Shown here: positions 28,243 to 42,388 of the stretch, in pieces
Layout: every line of letters begins with the position of its first letter
How positions within the stretch are numbered: the first letter of the stretch is position 1
Assembly (NCBI RefSeq): GCF_009914755.1
Contig: NC_060948.1
Reading direction: 5' to 3' (one strand)
From: the human T2T-CHM13v2.0 reference genome, Homo sapiens
Length of the DNA stretch: 64,000 nt
Made by a program: the position numbers and the translations under genes
The notes under the pieces: generated by a model
Told to the model about the DNA's origin: nothing
Seen by the model: only the letters and a program-made list of their open reading frames with translations
The model's database searches: none

Positions 28243-31200
28243 ATTGGATGGGATTGGAATGAAATGTACTGGAAAGGACTCGAATTTCATGAAACGGAAT
28301 GGAATGAATTGGAATGGAATTCACTCGAATGGAATGGAATGTCATGGAATGGCATCAAATGGAATGGCATCAAATGGAATGGAATCGAATGCAATGGAAT
28401 GCTATGGAATGGAATGGAATGCATTGGAATGGAATGTCCTCTAATGGAATGGATTCGAGTGGAATGGAATCGAATATAATGGAGTCGAATGAAATGGAAT
28501 TGAAAGGAATGGGATCGAATACAATGGAATATACTGGAATGTAATGTAATGAACTCGAATGTAATTGACTGGAATGGAATGTACATGAATGGAATGTAAT
28601 CGAATGGAAAGTAATCCAATGGAATAGAATCTAATGCAATAAAATCGACTCAGATAGAGTAGAATGTAATGGAATGGAGTGCAGTGCAATGGAATGGAAT
28701 GGAATGGAATGGAATGCAATGGAATGGAATGGAATGGAATGGAATGGAATGGGATGGAATGGTATGGAATGGATAGTAATGGACTGGAGTGAAATGGACT
28801 GGAAAGGAATGGACTCAAATTGAAAGGGCTCGAAAGGAATGGAGTCAAATGGAATGGTCTGGAATGGAATGAACACGAATGTAATGCAATCCAATAGAAT
28901 GGAATCGAATGGCATGGAATATAAAGAAATGGAATCGAAGAGAATGGAAACAAACGGAATGGAATTGAATGGAATGGAATTGAATGGAATGGGAACGAAT
29001 GGAGTGAAATTGTATGCAGTAGAAGAGAATAGAATGGAATGCAAGCGAAAGGAAAGGAATGGATTGGAATGGAATGGAATTCATTGGAATGGAAGGGAAT
29101 GTAGTGTAATGGACAGGCCTGGAATAAAGTGGAATGCTACGGTCTCGAATGGAATAAAAATGTATGGAATGGAATGCAAAGAAACGGAATCGAATGTCAT
29201 AGAATGTAATGGAATGCAAAAAAATGGACTCCAAAATCATTGACTGGAAAGGCTGGGTGTCGAAAGGAATTGACTCCAATGGAATGGAATCGAATGGAAT
29301 GGAAGTGAATAGAATCGAACTAAATCGAATGGAATGGAATTGATAGGAACGGAATGGAAAGGAATGAAATGATTTGGCATGGAATGGAATCGAATGGCAT
29401 CGAATGGAATGGAATGGAATGCAATGCAATGGAATGTATTAGAATGTAATGAACTTTAATGGAATGTACTCGAATGGATTCGACTGGAATGGAATGTTCT
29501 GGAAGTGAATGGACTCCAATGGAATGGATTGAAAAGGAATGGAATCGTACGGAATGGAATCTAATGGAATGGAATTAAATGGAAATGAATCAAATTGAAT
29601 AGCACGGAATTGAATTGAATGGAATCGAATGCAATGGAATCTAATGAAACGGAAAGGAATGGAATGGAATGGAATGGAATGGGCTGGAATGGAAAGGAAT
29701 CGAAACGAGTGGAATGGAATCGAACTGAAGAGACTGGAATGGAATGCACTGGAATGGAAGGGAGTGTAATGGAAGGTTCTCGAAAAAAATGGAATCGAAT
29801 GGAATGGAATTGAATGGAACGGAATAGAGTCGAATGGAACTGAATGGAATGGAATGGACTAGAGTGAAATGGAATCGAACCACAAGGAATGGACAGGAAT
29901 AGAATGGTCTCGAATTGAACGGAATCGTATGGAATGGCATCAAACGGAATGGAATGGACAGCCACGGAATGGAATGCACTCGAATGCAATGGAGTCGAAA
30001 CTAATGGACTGGAATAGAATGGACTCGACTGGTACGGACTCCAATGGAATGGAATCGAATGGAAGGGAATCGAACGGAACGGACTCGAAGGGAAAAGACT
30101 GCAATGGAAAGGTCTCGAATGGAATGGAAATTAATGGAATGGAATGGAATCGAATGAAATGGAGTCAAAAGGAATGGAATCCAATGGCAAGAAATCGAAT
30201 GTAATGGAATCGTAAGGAATGGATGTGAACGGAACGGAATGGAATGGAATCCAAAGGAATGGAATAGAATGGAATGGAATCGAATGGAAAGGACTCGAAT
30301 GGAAATCACTCGAATAGAATGCAATTTAATAAAATAGGATGAAATGTAATGGAATGGAATGGAAAGGAATCGAAACGAAAGGAATGGAGACAGATGGAAT
30401 GGAATGGAACAGAGAGCAATGGTATAGAATGGAATGGAATCATCTGGAATGGAATTGAATGGAATGGAATAATATGAAATGGAATGGAATGGAATGGAAT
30501 GCCCTTGAATTAAATGGACTGGAATGGAATGGACTCGAACAGAGTGGAATGGAAAGTGTTGAGATAGAATGGAATGGACTCGTTTGGAATGGTCTAGTAT
30601 GCAATGCAATCGACTGGCAGGGAATCAAAAGGAATGTAATCGAATGGATTGGACTGGAATGCAATGGACTCGAATAGATTGGAAACGGAATGCAAAGGAA
30701 TGGAATGGAATAGTATGGAATGGAATGGAAAGGAAAGGAGTGGAATAGACTAGAGTGGAATGGAATGGACTCGAAAGCAATGGACTGGAATGGAACTTTC
30801 TTGAATGGACTGGAATCAAACGGAATGGAATGCAATGCAATCAAATGGCATGGAATAAAATAGAATGAAAGAGAATCAAATGGAATTGAATCGAATGGAA
30901 TCGAATGGATTGGAAAGGAATAGAATGGAATGGAATGGAATTGACTCAAATGGAATGGACTAGAATGGAATGGATTCGAATGGAAGGCAAATGAATGGAA
31001 TCTATTGGAATGGACTGCAATGGAATGGAATGGAAGGGATTGGAATGGACTCGAATGGAATGGACTGCAATAGAAAGGATTCGAAAGGAATGAAAAAGAA
31101 TTGAATGGAATAGAACAGAATGGAATCAAATCGAATGAAATTGAATGGAATAGAAAGGAATGGAATGAAGTGGAATGGAAAGGATTCGAACGGAATGCAA

Positions 31201-31796
31201 ACGAATGGAATGGAATCGAACGGAATGGAATAAAATGGAAGCAAACTGGCAAGAAATGGAATCGAAATGAATGGAGTGTTATGGAACGGACTCCAAAGGA
31301 ATTGAATGTAATAGAATGGAGTGGAGTGGACTCGAATATAATGGACTGGAATGGAATGAAATCACATGGAATGGGAACGAATGGAATGGAATGGAAAGGA
31401 ATGGAATCGAATGGAAAGGAATCGAATGGAAGGGAATGAAATTGAATCAACGGGAATGGAAGGGAATAGAATAGACGGTAATGGAATGGACTCGAATAGA
31501 ATGGACACGAATGCTCAAATTGAATGGACTCGAATGGAATGGAAACGAAAGGAATGTCATCGAATGGAATTGAATCGATTGGAATGAAATCGCATAGAAT
31601 GGAGTGGAATCAAATGGAATTGAATCGAAAGGAAAGGAAGCGAATGGACTGAAATGAAATGGAATGGAATTGAATGGAAATTAATGCAATGGAATAGAAT
31701 GGAACGAAATTTCACGGAATGGAATCAAACTGAATGGAATCAAATCAATGGAATATAATCAACTGGAATGGAAAGGAATTGAATGGAGTAGATGGG
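28243..31796. repeat. DYZ1 unit 9 (3554 bp)
   Basis: Homologous ORF 28287 to 31841; extra EcoRI site at 28317. Confidence 0.93.
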
Positions 31797-34700
31797 ATTG
31801 GATGGGATTGGAATGAAATGTACTGGAAAGGACTCGAATTTCATGAAACGGAATGGAATGAATTGGAACGGAATGGACTCGAATGGAATGGAATGTCATG
31901 GAATGGCATCAAATGGAATGGAATCGAATGCAATGGAATGCTATGGAATGGAATGGAATGCATTGGAATGGAATGTCCTCTAATGGAATGGATTCGAGTG
32001 GAATGGATTCGAATATAATGGAGTCGAATGAAATGGAATTGAAAGGAATGGGATCGAATACAATGGAATATACTGGAATGTAATGTAATGAACTCGAATG
32101 TAATTGACTGGAATGGAATGTACATGAATGGAATGTAATCGAATGGAAAGTAATCCAATGGAATAGAATCTAATGCTATAAAATCGACTCAGATAGAGTA
32201 GAATGTAATGGAATGGAGTGCAGTGCAATGGAATGGAATGGAATGGAATACAATGGAATGGAATGGAATGGAATGGAATGGGATGGAATGGTATGGAATG
32301 GATAGTAATGGACTGGAGTGAAATGGACTGGAAAGGAATGGACTCAAATTGAAAGGGCTCGAAAGGAATGGAGTCAAATGGAATGGTCTGGAATGGAATG
32401 AACACGAATGTAATGCAATCCAATAGAATGGAATCGAATGGCATGGAATATAAAGAAATGGAATCAAAGAGAATGGAAACAAACGGAATGGAATTGAATG
32501 GAATGGAATTGAATGGAATGGGAACGAATGGAGTGAAATTGTATGCAGTAGAAGAGAATAGAATGGAATGCAAGCGAAAGGAAAGGAATGGATTGGAATG
32601 GAATGGAATTCATTGGAATGGAAGGGAATGTAGTGTAATGGACAGGCCTGGAATAAAGTGGAATGCTACGGTCTCGAATGGAATAAAAATGTATGGAATG
32701 GAATGCAATGAAACGGAATCGAATGTCATAGAATGTAATGGAATGCAAAAAAATGGACTCCAAAATCATTGACTGGAAAGGCTGGGTGTCGAAAGGAATT
32801 GACTCCAATGGAATGGAATCGAATGGAATGGAAGTGAATAGAATCGAACTAAATCGAATGGAATGGAATTGATAGGAACGGAATGGAAAGGAATGCAATG
32901 AATTGGCATGGAATGGAATCGAATGGCATCGAATGGAATGGAATGGAATGCAATGCAATGGAATGTATTAGAATGTAATGAACTTTAATGGAATGTACTC
33001 GAATGGATTCGACTGGAATGGAATGTTCTGGAAGTGAATGGACTCCAATGGAATGAATTCAAAAGGAATGGAATCGTATGGAATGGAATCTAATGGAATG
33101 GAATTAAATGGAAATGAATCAAATTGAATAACACAGAATTGAATTGAATGGAATCGAATGCAATGGAATCTAATGAAACGGAAAGGAATGGAATGGAATG
33201 GAATGGAATGGGCTGGAATGGAAAGGAATCGAAACGAATGGAATGGAATCGAACTGAAGAGACTGGAATGGAATGCACTGTAATGGAAGGGAGTGTAATG
33301 GAAGGTTCTCGACAAAAATGGAATCGAATGGAATGGAATTGAATGGAACGGAATAGAGTCGAATGGAATTGAATGGAATGGAATGGACTAGAGTGAAATG
33401 GAATCGAACCACAAGGAATGGACAGGAATAGAATGGTCTCGAATTGAATGGAATCGTATGGAATGGCATCAAACGGAATGGAATGGGCAGCCACGGAATG
33501 GAATGCACTCGAATGCAATGGAGTCGAAACTAATGGACTGGAATAGCATGGACTCGACTGGTACGGACTCCAATGGAATGGAATCGAATGGAAGGGAATC
33601 GAACGGAATGGACTCGAAGGGAAAAGACTGCAATGGAAAGGTCTCGAATGGAATGGAAATTAATGGAATGGAATGGAATCGAATGAAATGGAGTCAAAAG
33701 GAATGGAATCGAATGGCAAGAAATCGAATGTAATGGAATCGCAAGGAATTGATGTGAACGGAACGGAATGGAATGGAATCCAAAGGAATGGAATAGAATG
33801 GAATGGAATCGAATGGCAAGGACTGGAATGGAAATCACTCGAATAGAATGCAATTTAATAAAATAGGATGAAATGTAATGGAATGGAATGGAAAGGAATC
33901 GAAACGAAAGGAATGGAGACAGATGGAATGGAATGGAACAGAGAGCAATGGTATAGAATGGAATGGAATCATCTGGAATGGAATTGAATGGAATGGAATA
34001 ATATGAAATGGAATGGAATGGAATGGAATGCCCTTGAATTAAATGGACTGGAATGGAATGGACTCGAACAGAGTGGAATGGAAAGTGTTGAGATAGAATG
34101 GAATGGACTCGTTTGGAATGGTCTAGTATGCAATGCAATCGACTGACAGGGAACCAAAAGGAATGTAATCGAATGGATTGGACTGGAATGCAATGGACTC
34201 GAATAGATTGGAAACGGAATGCAAAGGAATGGAATGGAATAGTATGGAATGGAATGGAAAGGAATGGAGTGGAATAGACTAGAGTGGAATGGAATGGACT
34301 CGAAAGCAATGGACTGGAATGGAACTTTCTTGAATGGACTGGAATCAAACGGAATGGAATGCAATGCAATCAAATGGCATGGAATAAAATAGAATGAAAG
34401 AGAATCAAATGGAATTGAATCGAATGGAATCGAATGGATTGGAAAGGAATAGAATGGAATGGAATGGAATTGACTCAAATGGAATGGACTAGAATGGAAT
34501 GGATTCGAATGGAAGGCAAAGGAATGGAATCTATTGGAATGGACTGCAATGGAATGGAATGGAAGGGATTGGAATGGACTCGAATGGAATGGACTGCAAT
34601 AGAAAGGATTCGAATGGAATGAAAAAGAATTGAATGGAATAGAACAGAATGGAATCAAATCGAATGAAATGGAATGGAATAGAAAGGAATGGAATGAAAT

Positions 34701-35325
34701 GGAATGGAAAGGATTCGAATGGAATGCAATCGAATGGAATGGAATCGAACGGAATGGAATAAAATGGAAGAAAACTGGTAAGAAATGGAATCGAAATGAA
34801 TGGAGTGTTATGGAACGGACTTCAAAGGAATTGAATGTAATAGAATGGAGTGGAGTGGACTCGAATATAATGGACTGGAATGGAATGAAATCACATGGAA
34901 TGGGAACGAATGGAATGGAATGGAAAGGAATGGAATCGAATGGAAAGGAATCGAATGGAAGGGAATGAAATTGAATCAACAGGAATGGAAGGGAATAGAA
35001 TAGACGGTAATGGAATGGACTCGAATAGAATGGACACGAATGCTCAAATTGAATGGACTCGAATGGAATGGAAACGAAAGGAATGTCATCGAATGGAATT
35101 GAATCGATTGGAATGAAATCGCATAGAATGGAGTGGAATCAAATGGAATTGAATCGAAAGGAAAGGAAGCGAATGGACTGAAATGAAATGGAATGGAATT
35201 GAATGGAAAGTAAAGCAATGGAATAGAATGGAACGAAATTTCACGGAATGGAATCAAACTGAATGGAATCAAATCAATGGAATATAATCAAATGGAATGG
35301 AAAGGAATTGAATGGAGTAGATGGG
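31797..35325. repeat. DYZ1 unit 10 (3529 bp; copy of unit 8 minus 15 bp)
   Basis: Homologous ORF 31841 to 35370; one GGAATGGCATCAAAT copy missing near 31905. Confidence 0.93.
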
Positions 35326-38300
35326 ATTGGATGGGATTGGAATGAAATGTACTGGAAAGGACTCGAATTTCATGAAACGGAATGGAATGAATTGGAATGG
35401 AATTCACTCGAATGGAATGGAATGTCATGGAATGGCATCAAATGGAATGGCATCAAATGGAATGGAATCGAATGCAATGGAATGCTATGGAATGGAATGG
35501 AATGCATTGGAATGGAATGTCCTCTAATGGAATGGATTCGAGTGGAATGGAATCGAATATAATGGAGTCGAATGAAATGGAATTGAAAGGAATGGGATCG
35601 AATACAATGGAATATACTGGAATGTAATGTAATGAACTCGAATGTAATTGACTGGAATGGAATGTACATGAATGGAATGTAATCGAATGGAAAGTAATCC
35701 AATGGAATAGAATCTAATGCAATAAAATCGACTCAGATAGAGTAGAATGTAATGGAATGGAGTGCAGTGCAATGGAATGGAATGGAATGGAATGGAATGC
35801 AATGGAATGGAATGGAATGGAATGGAATGGAATGGGATGGAATGGTATGGAATGGATAGTAATGGACTGGAGTGAAATGGACTGGAAAGGAATGGACTCA
35901 AATTGAAAGGGCTCGAAAGGAATGGAGTCAAATGGAATGGTCTGGAATGGAATGAACACGAATGTAATGCAATCCAATAGAATGGAATCGAATGGCATGG
36001 AATATAAAGAAATGGAATCGAAGAGAATGGAAACAAACGGAATGGAATTGAATGGAATGGAATTGAATGGAATGGGAACGAATGGAGTGAAATTGTATGC
36101 AGTAGAAGAGAATAGAATGGAATGCAAGCGAAAGGAAAGGAATGGATTGGAATGGAATGGAATTCATTGGAATGGAAGGGAATGTAGTGTAATGGACAGG
36201 CCTGGAATAAAGTGGAATGCTACGGTCTCGAATGGAATAAAAATGTATGGAATGGAATGCAAAGAAACGGAATCGAATGTCATAGAATGTAATGGAATGC
36301 AAAAAAATGGACTCCAAAATCATTGACTGGAAAGGCTGGGTGTCGAAAGGAATTGACTCCAATGGAATGGAATCGAATGGAATGGAAGTGAATAGAATCG
36401 AACTAAATCGAATGGAATGGAATTGATAGGAACGGAATGGAAAGGAATGAAATGATTTGGCATGGAATGGAATCGAATGGCATCGAATGGAATGGAATGG
36501 AATGCAATGCAATGGAATGTATTAGAATGTAATGAACTTTAATGGAATGTACTCGAATGGATTCGACTGGAATGGAATGTTCTGGAAGTGAATGGACTCC
36601 AATGGAATGGATTGAAAAGGAATGGAATCGTACGGAATGGAATCTAATGGAATGGAATTAAATGGAAATGAATCAAATTGAATAGCACGGAATTGAATTG
36701 AATGGAATCGAATGCAATGGAATCTAATGAAACGGAAAGGAATGGAATGGAATGGAATGGAATGGGCTGGAATGGAAAGGAATCGAAACGAGTGGAATGG
36801 AATCGAACTGAAGAGACTGGAATGGAATGCACTGGAATGGAAGGGAGTGTAATGGAAGGTTCTCGAAAAAAATGGAATCGAATGGAATGGAATTGAATGG
36901 AACGGAATAGAGTCGAATGGAACTGAATGGAATGGAATGGACTAGAGTGAAATGGAATCGAACCACAAGGAATGGACAGGAATAGAATGGTCTCGAATTG
37001 AATGGAATCGTATGGAATGGCATCAAACGGAATGGAATGGACAGCCACGGAATGGAATGCACTCGAATGCAATGGAGTCGAAACTAATGGACTGGAATAG
37101 AATGGACTCGACTGGTACGGACTCCAATGGAATGGAATCGAATGGAAGGGAATCGAACGGAATGGACTCGAAGGGAAAAGACTGCAATGGAAAGGTCTCG
37201 AATGGAATGGAAATTAATGGAATGGAATGGAATCGAATGAAATGGAGTCAAAAGGAATGGAATCGAATGGCAAGAAATCGAATGTAATGGAATCGCAAGG
37301 AATTGATGTGAACGGAACGGAATGGAATGGAATCCAAAGGAATGGAATAGAATGGAATGGAATCGAATGGAAAGGACTCGAATGGAAATCACTCGAATAG
37401 AATGCAATTTAATAAAATAGGATGAAATGGAATGGAATGGAATGGAAAGGAATCGAAACGAAAGGAATGGAGACAGATGGAATGGAATGGAACAGAGAGC
37501 AATGGTATAGAATGGAATGGAATCATCTGGAATGGAATTGAATGGAATGGAATAATATGAAATGGAATGGAATGGAATGGAATGCCCTTGAATTAAATGG
37601 ACTGGAATGGAATGGACTCGAACAGAGTGGAATGGAAAGTGTTGAGATAGAATGGAATGGACTCCTTTGGAATGGTCTAGTATGCAATGCAATCGACTGG
37701 CAGGGAATCAAAAGGAATGTAATCGAATGGATTGGACTGGAATGCAATGGACTCGAATAGATTGGAAACGGAATGCAAAGGAATGGAATGGAATAGTATG
37801 GAATGGAATGGAAAGGAATGGAGTGGAATAGACTAGAGTGGAATGGAATGGACTCGAAAGCAATGGACTGGAATGGAACTTTCTTGAATGGACTGGAATC
37901 AAACGGAATGGAATGCAATGCAATCAAATGGCATGGAATAAAATAGAATGAAAGAGAATCAAATGGAATTGAATCGAATGCAATCGAATGGATTGGAAAG
38001 GAATAGAATGGAATGGAATGGAATTGACTCAAATGGAATGGACTAGAATGGAATGGATTCGAATGGAAGGCAAAGGAATGGAATCTATTGGAATGGACTG
38101 CAATGGAATGGAAAGGAAGGGATTGGAATGGACTCGAATGGAATGGACTGCAATAGAAAGGATTCGAATGGAATGAAAAAGAATTGAATGGAATAGAACA
38201 GAATGGAATCAAATCGAATGAAATGGAATGGAATAGAAAGGAATGGAATGAAATGGAATGGAAAGGATTCGAATGGAATGCAATCGAATGGAATGGAATC

Positions 38301-38879
38301 GAACGGAATGGAATAAAATGGAAGAAAACTGGCAAGAAATGGAATCGAAATGAATGGAGTGTTATGGAACGGACTCAAAAGGAATTGAATGTAATAGAAT
38401 GGAGTGGAGTGGACTCGAATATAATGGAGTGGAATGGAATGAAATCACATGCAATGGGAACGAATGGAATGGAATGGAAAGGAATGGATTCGAATGGAAA
38501 GGAATCGAATGGAAGGGAATGAAATTGAATCAACAGGAATGGAAGGGAATAGAATAGACGGTAATGGAATGGACTCGAATAGAATGGACACGAATGCTCA
38601 AATTGAATGGACTCGAATGGAATGGAAACGAAAGGAATGTCATCGAATGGAATGGAATCGATTGGAATGAAATCGCATAGAATGGAGTGGAATCAAATGG
38701 AATTGAATCGAAAGGAAAGGAAGCGAATGGACTGAAATGTAATGGAATGGAATTGAATGGAAAGTAATGCAATGGAATAGAATGGAACGAAATTTCACGG
38801 AATGGAATCAAACTGAATGGAATCAAATCAATGGAATATAATCAAATGGAATGGAAAGGAATTGAATGGAGTAGATGGG
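35326..38879. repeat. DYZ1 unit 11 (3554 bp)
   Basis: Homologous ORF 35370 to 38924; extra EcoRI site at 35400. Confidence 0.93.
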
Positions 38880-41800
38880 ATTGGATGGGATTGGAATGAA
38901 ATGTACTGGAAAGGACTCAAATTTCATGAAACGGAATGGAATGAATTGGAACGGAATGGACTCGAATGGAATGGAATGTCATGGAATGGCATCAAATGGA
39001 ATGGCATCAAATGGAATGGAATCGAATGCAATGGAATGCTGTGGAATGGAATGGAATGCATTGGAATGGAATGTCCTCTAATGGAATGGATTCGAGTGGA
39101 ATGGAATCGAATATAATGGAGTCGAATGAAATGGAATTGAAAGGAATGGGATCGAATACAATGGAATATACTGGAATGTAATGTAATGAACTCAAATGTA
39201 ATTGACTGGAATGGAATGTACATGAATGGAATGTAATCGAATGGAAAGTAATCCAATGGAATAGAATCTAATGCAATAAAATCGACTCAGATAGAGTAGA
39301 ATGTAATGGAATGGAGTGCAGTGCAATGGAATGGAATGGAATGGAATGCAATGGAATGGAATGGAATGGAATGGAATGGAATGGGATGGAATGGTATGGA
39401 ATGGATAGTAATGGACTGGAGTGAAATGGACTGGAAAGGAATGGACTCAAATTGAAAGGGCTCGAAAGGAATGGAGTCAAATGGAATGGTCTGGAATGGA
39501 ATGAACACGAATGTAATGCAATCCAATAGAATGGAATCGAATGGCATGGAATATAAAGAAATGGAATCGAAGAGAATGGAAACAAATGGAATGGAATTGA
39601 ATGGAATGGAATTGAATGGAATGGGAACGAATGGAGTGAAATTGTATGCAGTAGAAGAGAATAGAATGGAATGCAAGCGAAAGGAAAGGAATGGATTGGA
39701 ATGGAATGGAATTCATTGGAATGGAAGGGAATGTAGTGTAATGGACAGGCCTGGAATAAAGTGGAATGCTACGGTCTCGAATGGAATAAAAATGTATGGA
39801 ATGGAATGCAATGAAACGGAATCGAATGTCATAGAATGTAATGGAATGCAAAAAAATGGACTCCTAAATCATTGACTGGAAAGGCTGGGTGTCGAAAGGA
39901 ATTGACTCCAATGGAATGGAATCGAATGGAATGGAAGTGAATAGAATCGAACTAAATCGCATGGAATGGAATTGATACTAACGGAATGGAAAGGAATGCA
40001 ATGATTTGGCATGGAATGGAATCGAATGGCATCGAATGGAATGGAAGGGAATGCAATGGAATGGAATGTATTAGAATGTAATGAACTTTAATGGAATGTA
40101 CTCGAATGGATTCGACTGGAATGGAATGTTCTGGAAGTGAATGGACTCCAATGGAATGGATTGAAAAGGAATGGAATCGTACGGAATGGAATCTAATGGA
40201 ATGGAATTAAATGGAAATGAATCAAATTGAATAGCACGGAATTGAATTGAATGGAATCGAATGCGATGGAATCTAATGAAACGGAAAGGAAAGGAATGGA
40301 ATGGAATGGAATGGGCTGGAAAGGAAAGGAATCGAAACGAGTGGAATGGAATCGAACTGAAGAGACTGGAATGGAATGCACTGGAATGGAAGGGAGTGTA
40401 ATGGAAGGTTCTCGAAAAAAATGGAATCGAATGGAATGGAATTGAATGGAACGGAATAGAGTCGAATGGAATTGAATGGAATGGAATGGACTAGAGTGAA
40501 ATGGAATCGAACCACAAGGAATGGACAGGAATAGAATGGTCTCGAATTGAATGGAATCGTATGGAATGGCATCAAACGGAATGGAATGCACTCGAATGCA
40601 ATGGAGTCGAAACTAATGGACTGGAATAGAATGGACTCGACTGGTACGGACTCCAATGGAATGGAATCGAATGGAAGGGAATCGAACGGAATGGACTCGA
40701 AGGGAAAAGACTGCAATGGAAAGGTCTCGAATGGAATGGAAATTAATGGAATGGAATGGAATCGAATGAAATGGAGTCAAAAGGAATGGAATCGAATGGC
40801 AAGAAATCGAACGTAATGGAATCGCAAGGAATTGATGTGAACGGAACGGAATGGAATGGAATCCAAAGGAATGGAATAGAATGGAATGGAATCGAATGGA
40901 AAGGACTCGAATGGAAATCACTCGAATAGAATGCAATTTAATAAAATAGGATGAAATGTAATGGAATGGAATGGAAAGGAATCGAAACGAAAGGAATGCA
41001 GACAGATGGAATGGAATGGAACAGAGAGCAATGGTATAGAATGGAATGGAATCATCTGGAATGGAATGGAATGGAATGGAATGGAATGGAATGCCCTTGA
41101 ATTAAATGGACTGGAATGGAATGGACTCGAACAGAGTGGAATGGAAAGTGTTGAGATAGAATGGAATGGACTCCTTTGGAATGGTCTAGTATGCAATGCA
41201 ATGGACTGGCAGGGAATCAAAAGGAATGTAATCGAATGGATTGGACTGGAATGCAATGGACTCGAATAGATTGGAAACGGAATGCAAAGGAATGGAATGG
41301 AATAGTATGGAATGGAATGGAAAGGAATGGAGTGGAATAGACTAGAGTGGAATGGAATGGACTCGAAAGCAATGGACTGGAATGGAACTTTCTTGAATGG
41401 ACTGGAATCAAACGGAATGGAATGCAATGCAATCAAATGGCATGGAATAAAACAGAATGAAAGAGAATCAAATGGAATTGAATCGAATGGAATCGAATGG
41501 ATTGGAAAGGAATAGAGTGGAATGGAATGGAATTGACTCAAATGGAATGGACTAGAATGGAATGGATTCGAATGGAAGGCAAAGGAATGGAATCTATTGG
41601 AATGGACAACAATGGAATGGAAAGGAAGGGATTGGAATGGACTCGAATGGAATGGACTGCAATAGAAAGGATTCGAATGGAATGAAAAAGAATTGAATGG
41701 AATAGAACAGAATGGAATCAAATCGAATGAAATGGAATGGAATAGAAAGGAATGGAATGAAATGGAATGGAAAGGATTCGAATGGAATGCAATCGAATGG

Positions 41801-42388
41801 AATGCAATCGAACGGAATGGAATAAAATGGAAGAAAACTGGCAAGAAATGGAATCGAAATGAATGGAGTGTTATGGAACGGACTCCAAAGGAATTGAATG
41901 TAATAGAATGGAGTGGAGTGGACTCGAATATAATGGACTGGAATGGAATGAAATCACATGGAATGGGAACGAATGGAATGGAATGGAAAGGAATGGAATC
42001 GAATGGAAAGGAATCGAATGGAAGGGAATGAAATTGAATCAACAGGAATGGAAGGGAATAGAATAGACGGTAATGGAATGGACTCGAATAGAATGGACAC
42101 GAATGCTCAAATTGAATGGACTCGAATGGAATGGAAACGAAAGGAATGTCATCGAATGGAGTTGAATCGATTGGAATGAAATCGCATAGAATGGAGTGGA
42201 ATCAAATGGAATTGAATCGAAAGGAAAGGAAGCGAATGGACTGAAATGAAATGGAATGGAATTGAATGGAAAGTAATGCAATGGAATAGAATGGAACGAA
42301 ATTTCACGGAATGGAATCAAACTGAATGGAAACAAATCAATGGAATATAATCAAATGGAATGGAAAGGAGTTGAATGGAGTAGATGGG
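38880..42388. repeat. DYZ1 unit 12 (3509 bp; shortest)
   Basis: Homologous ORF 38924 to 42433; deletions near 40580 and 41070. Confidence 0.93.

Larger units (their letters stand above)
22750..37000. repeat. Two-unit tandem duplication, period 7098 then 7083 bp
   Basis: Shared variants at 22771/29869 (offset 7098), then 26447/33530 and 28314/35397 (offset 7083, after a 15-bp deletion in the second copy). Confidence 0.88.
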
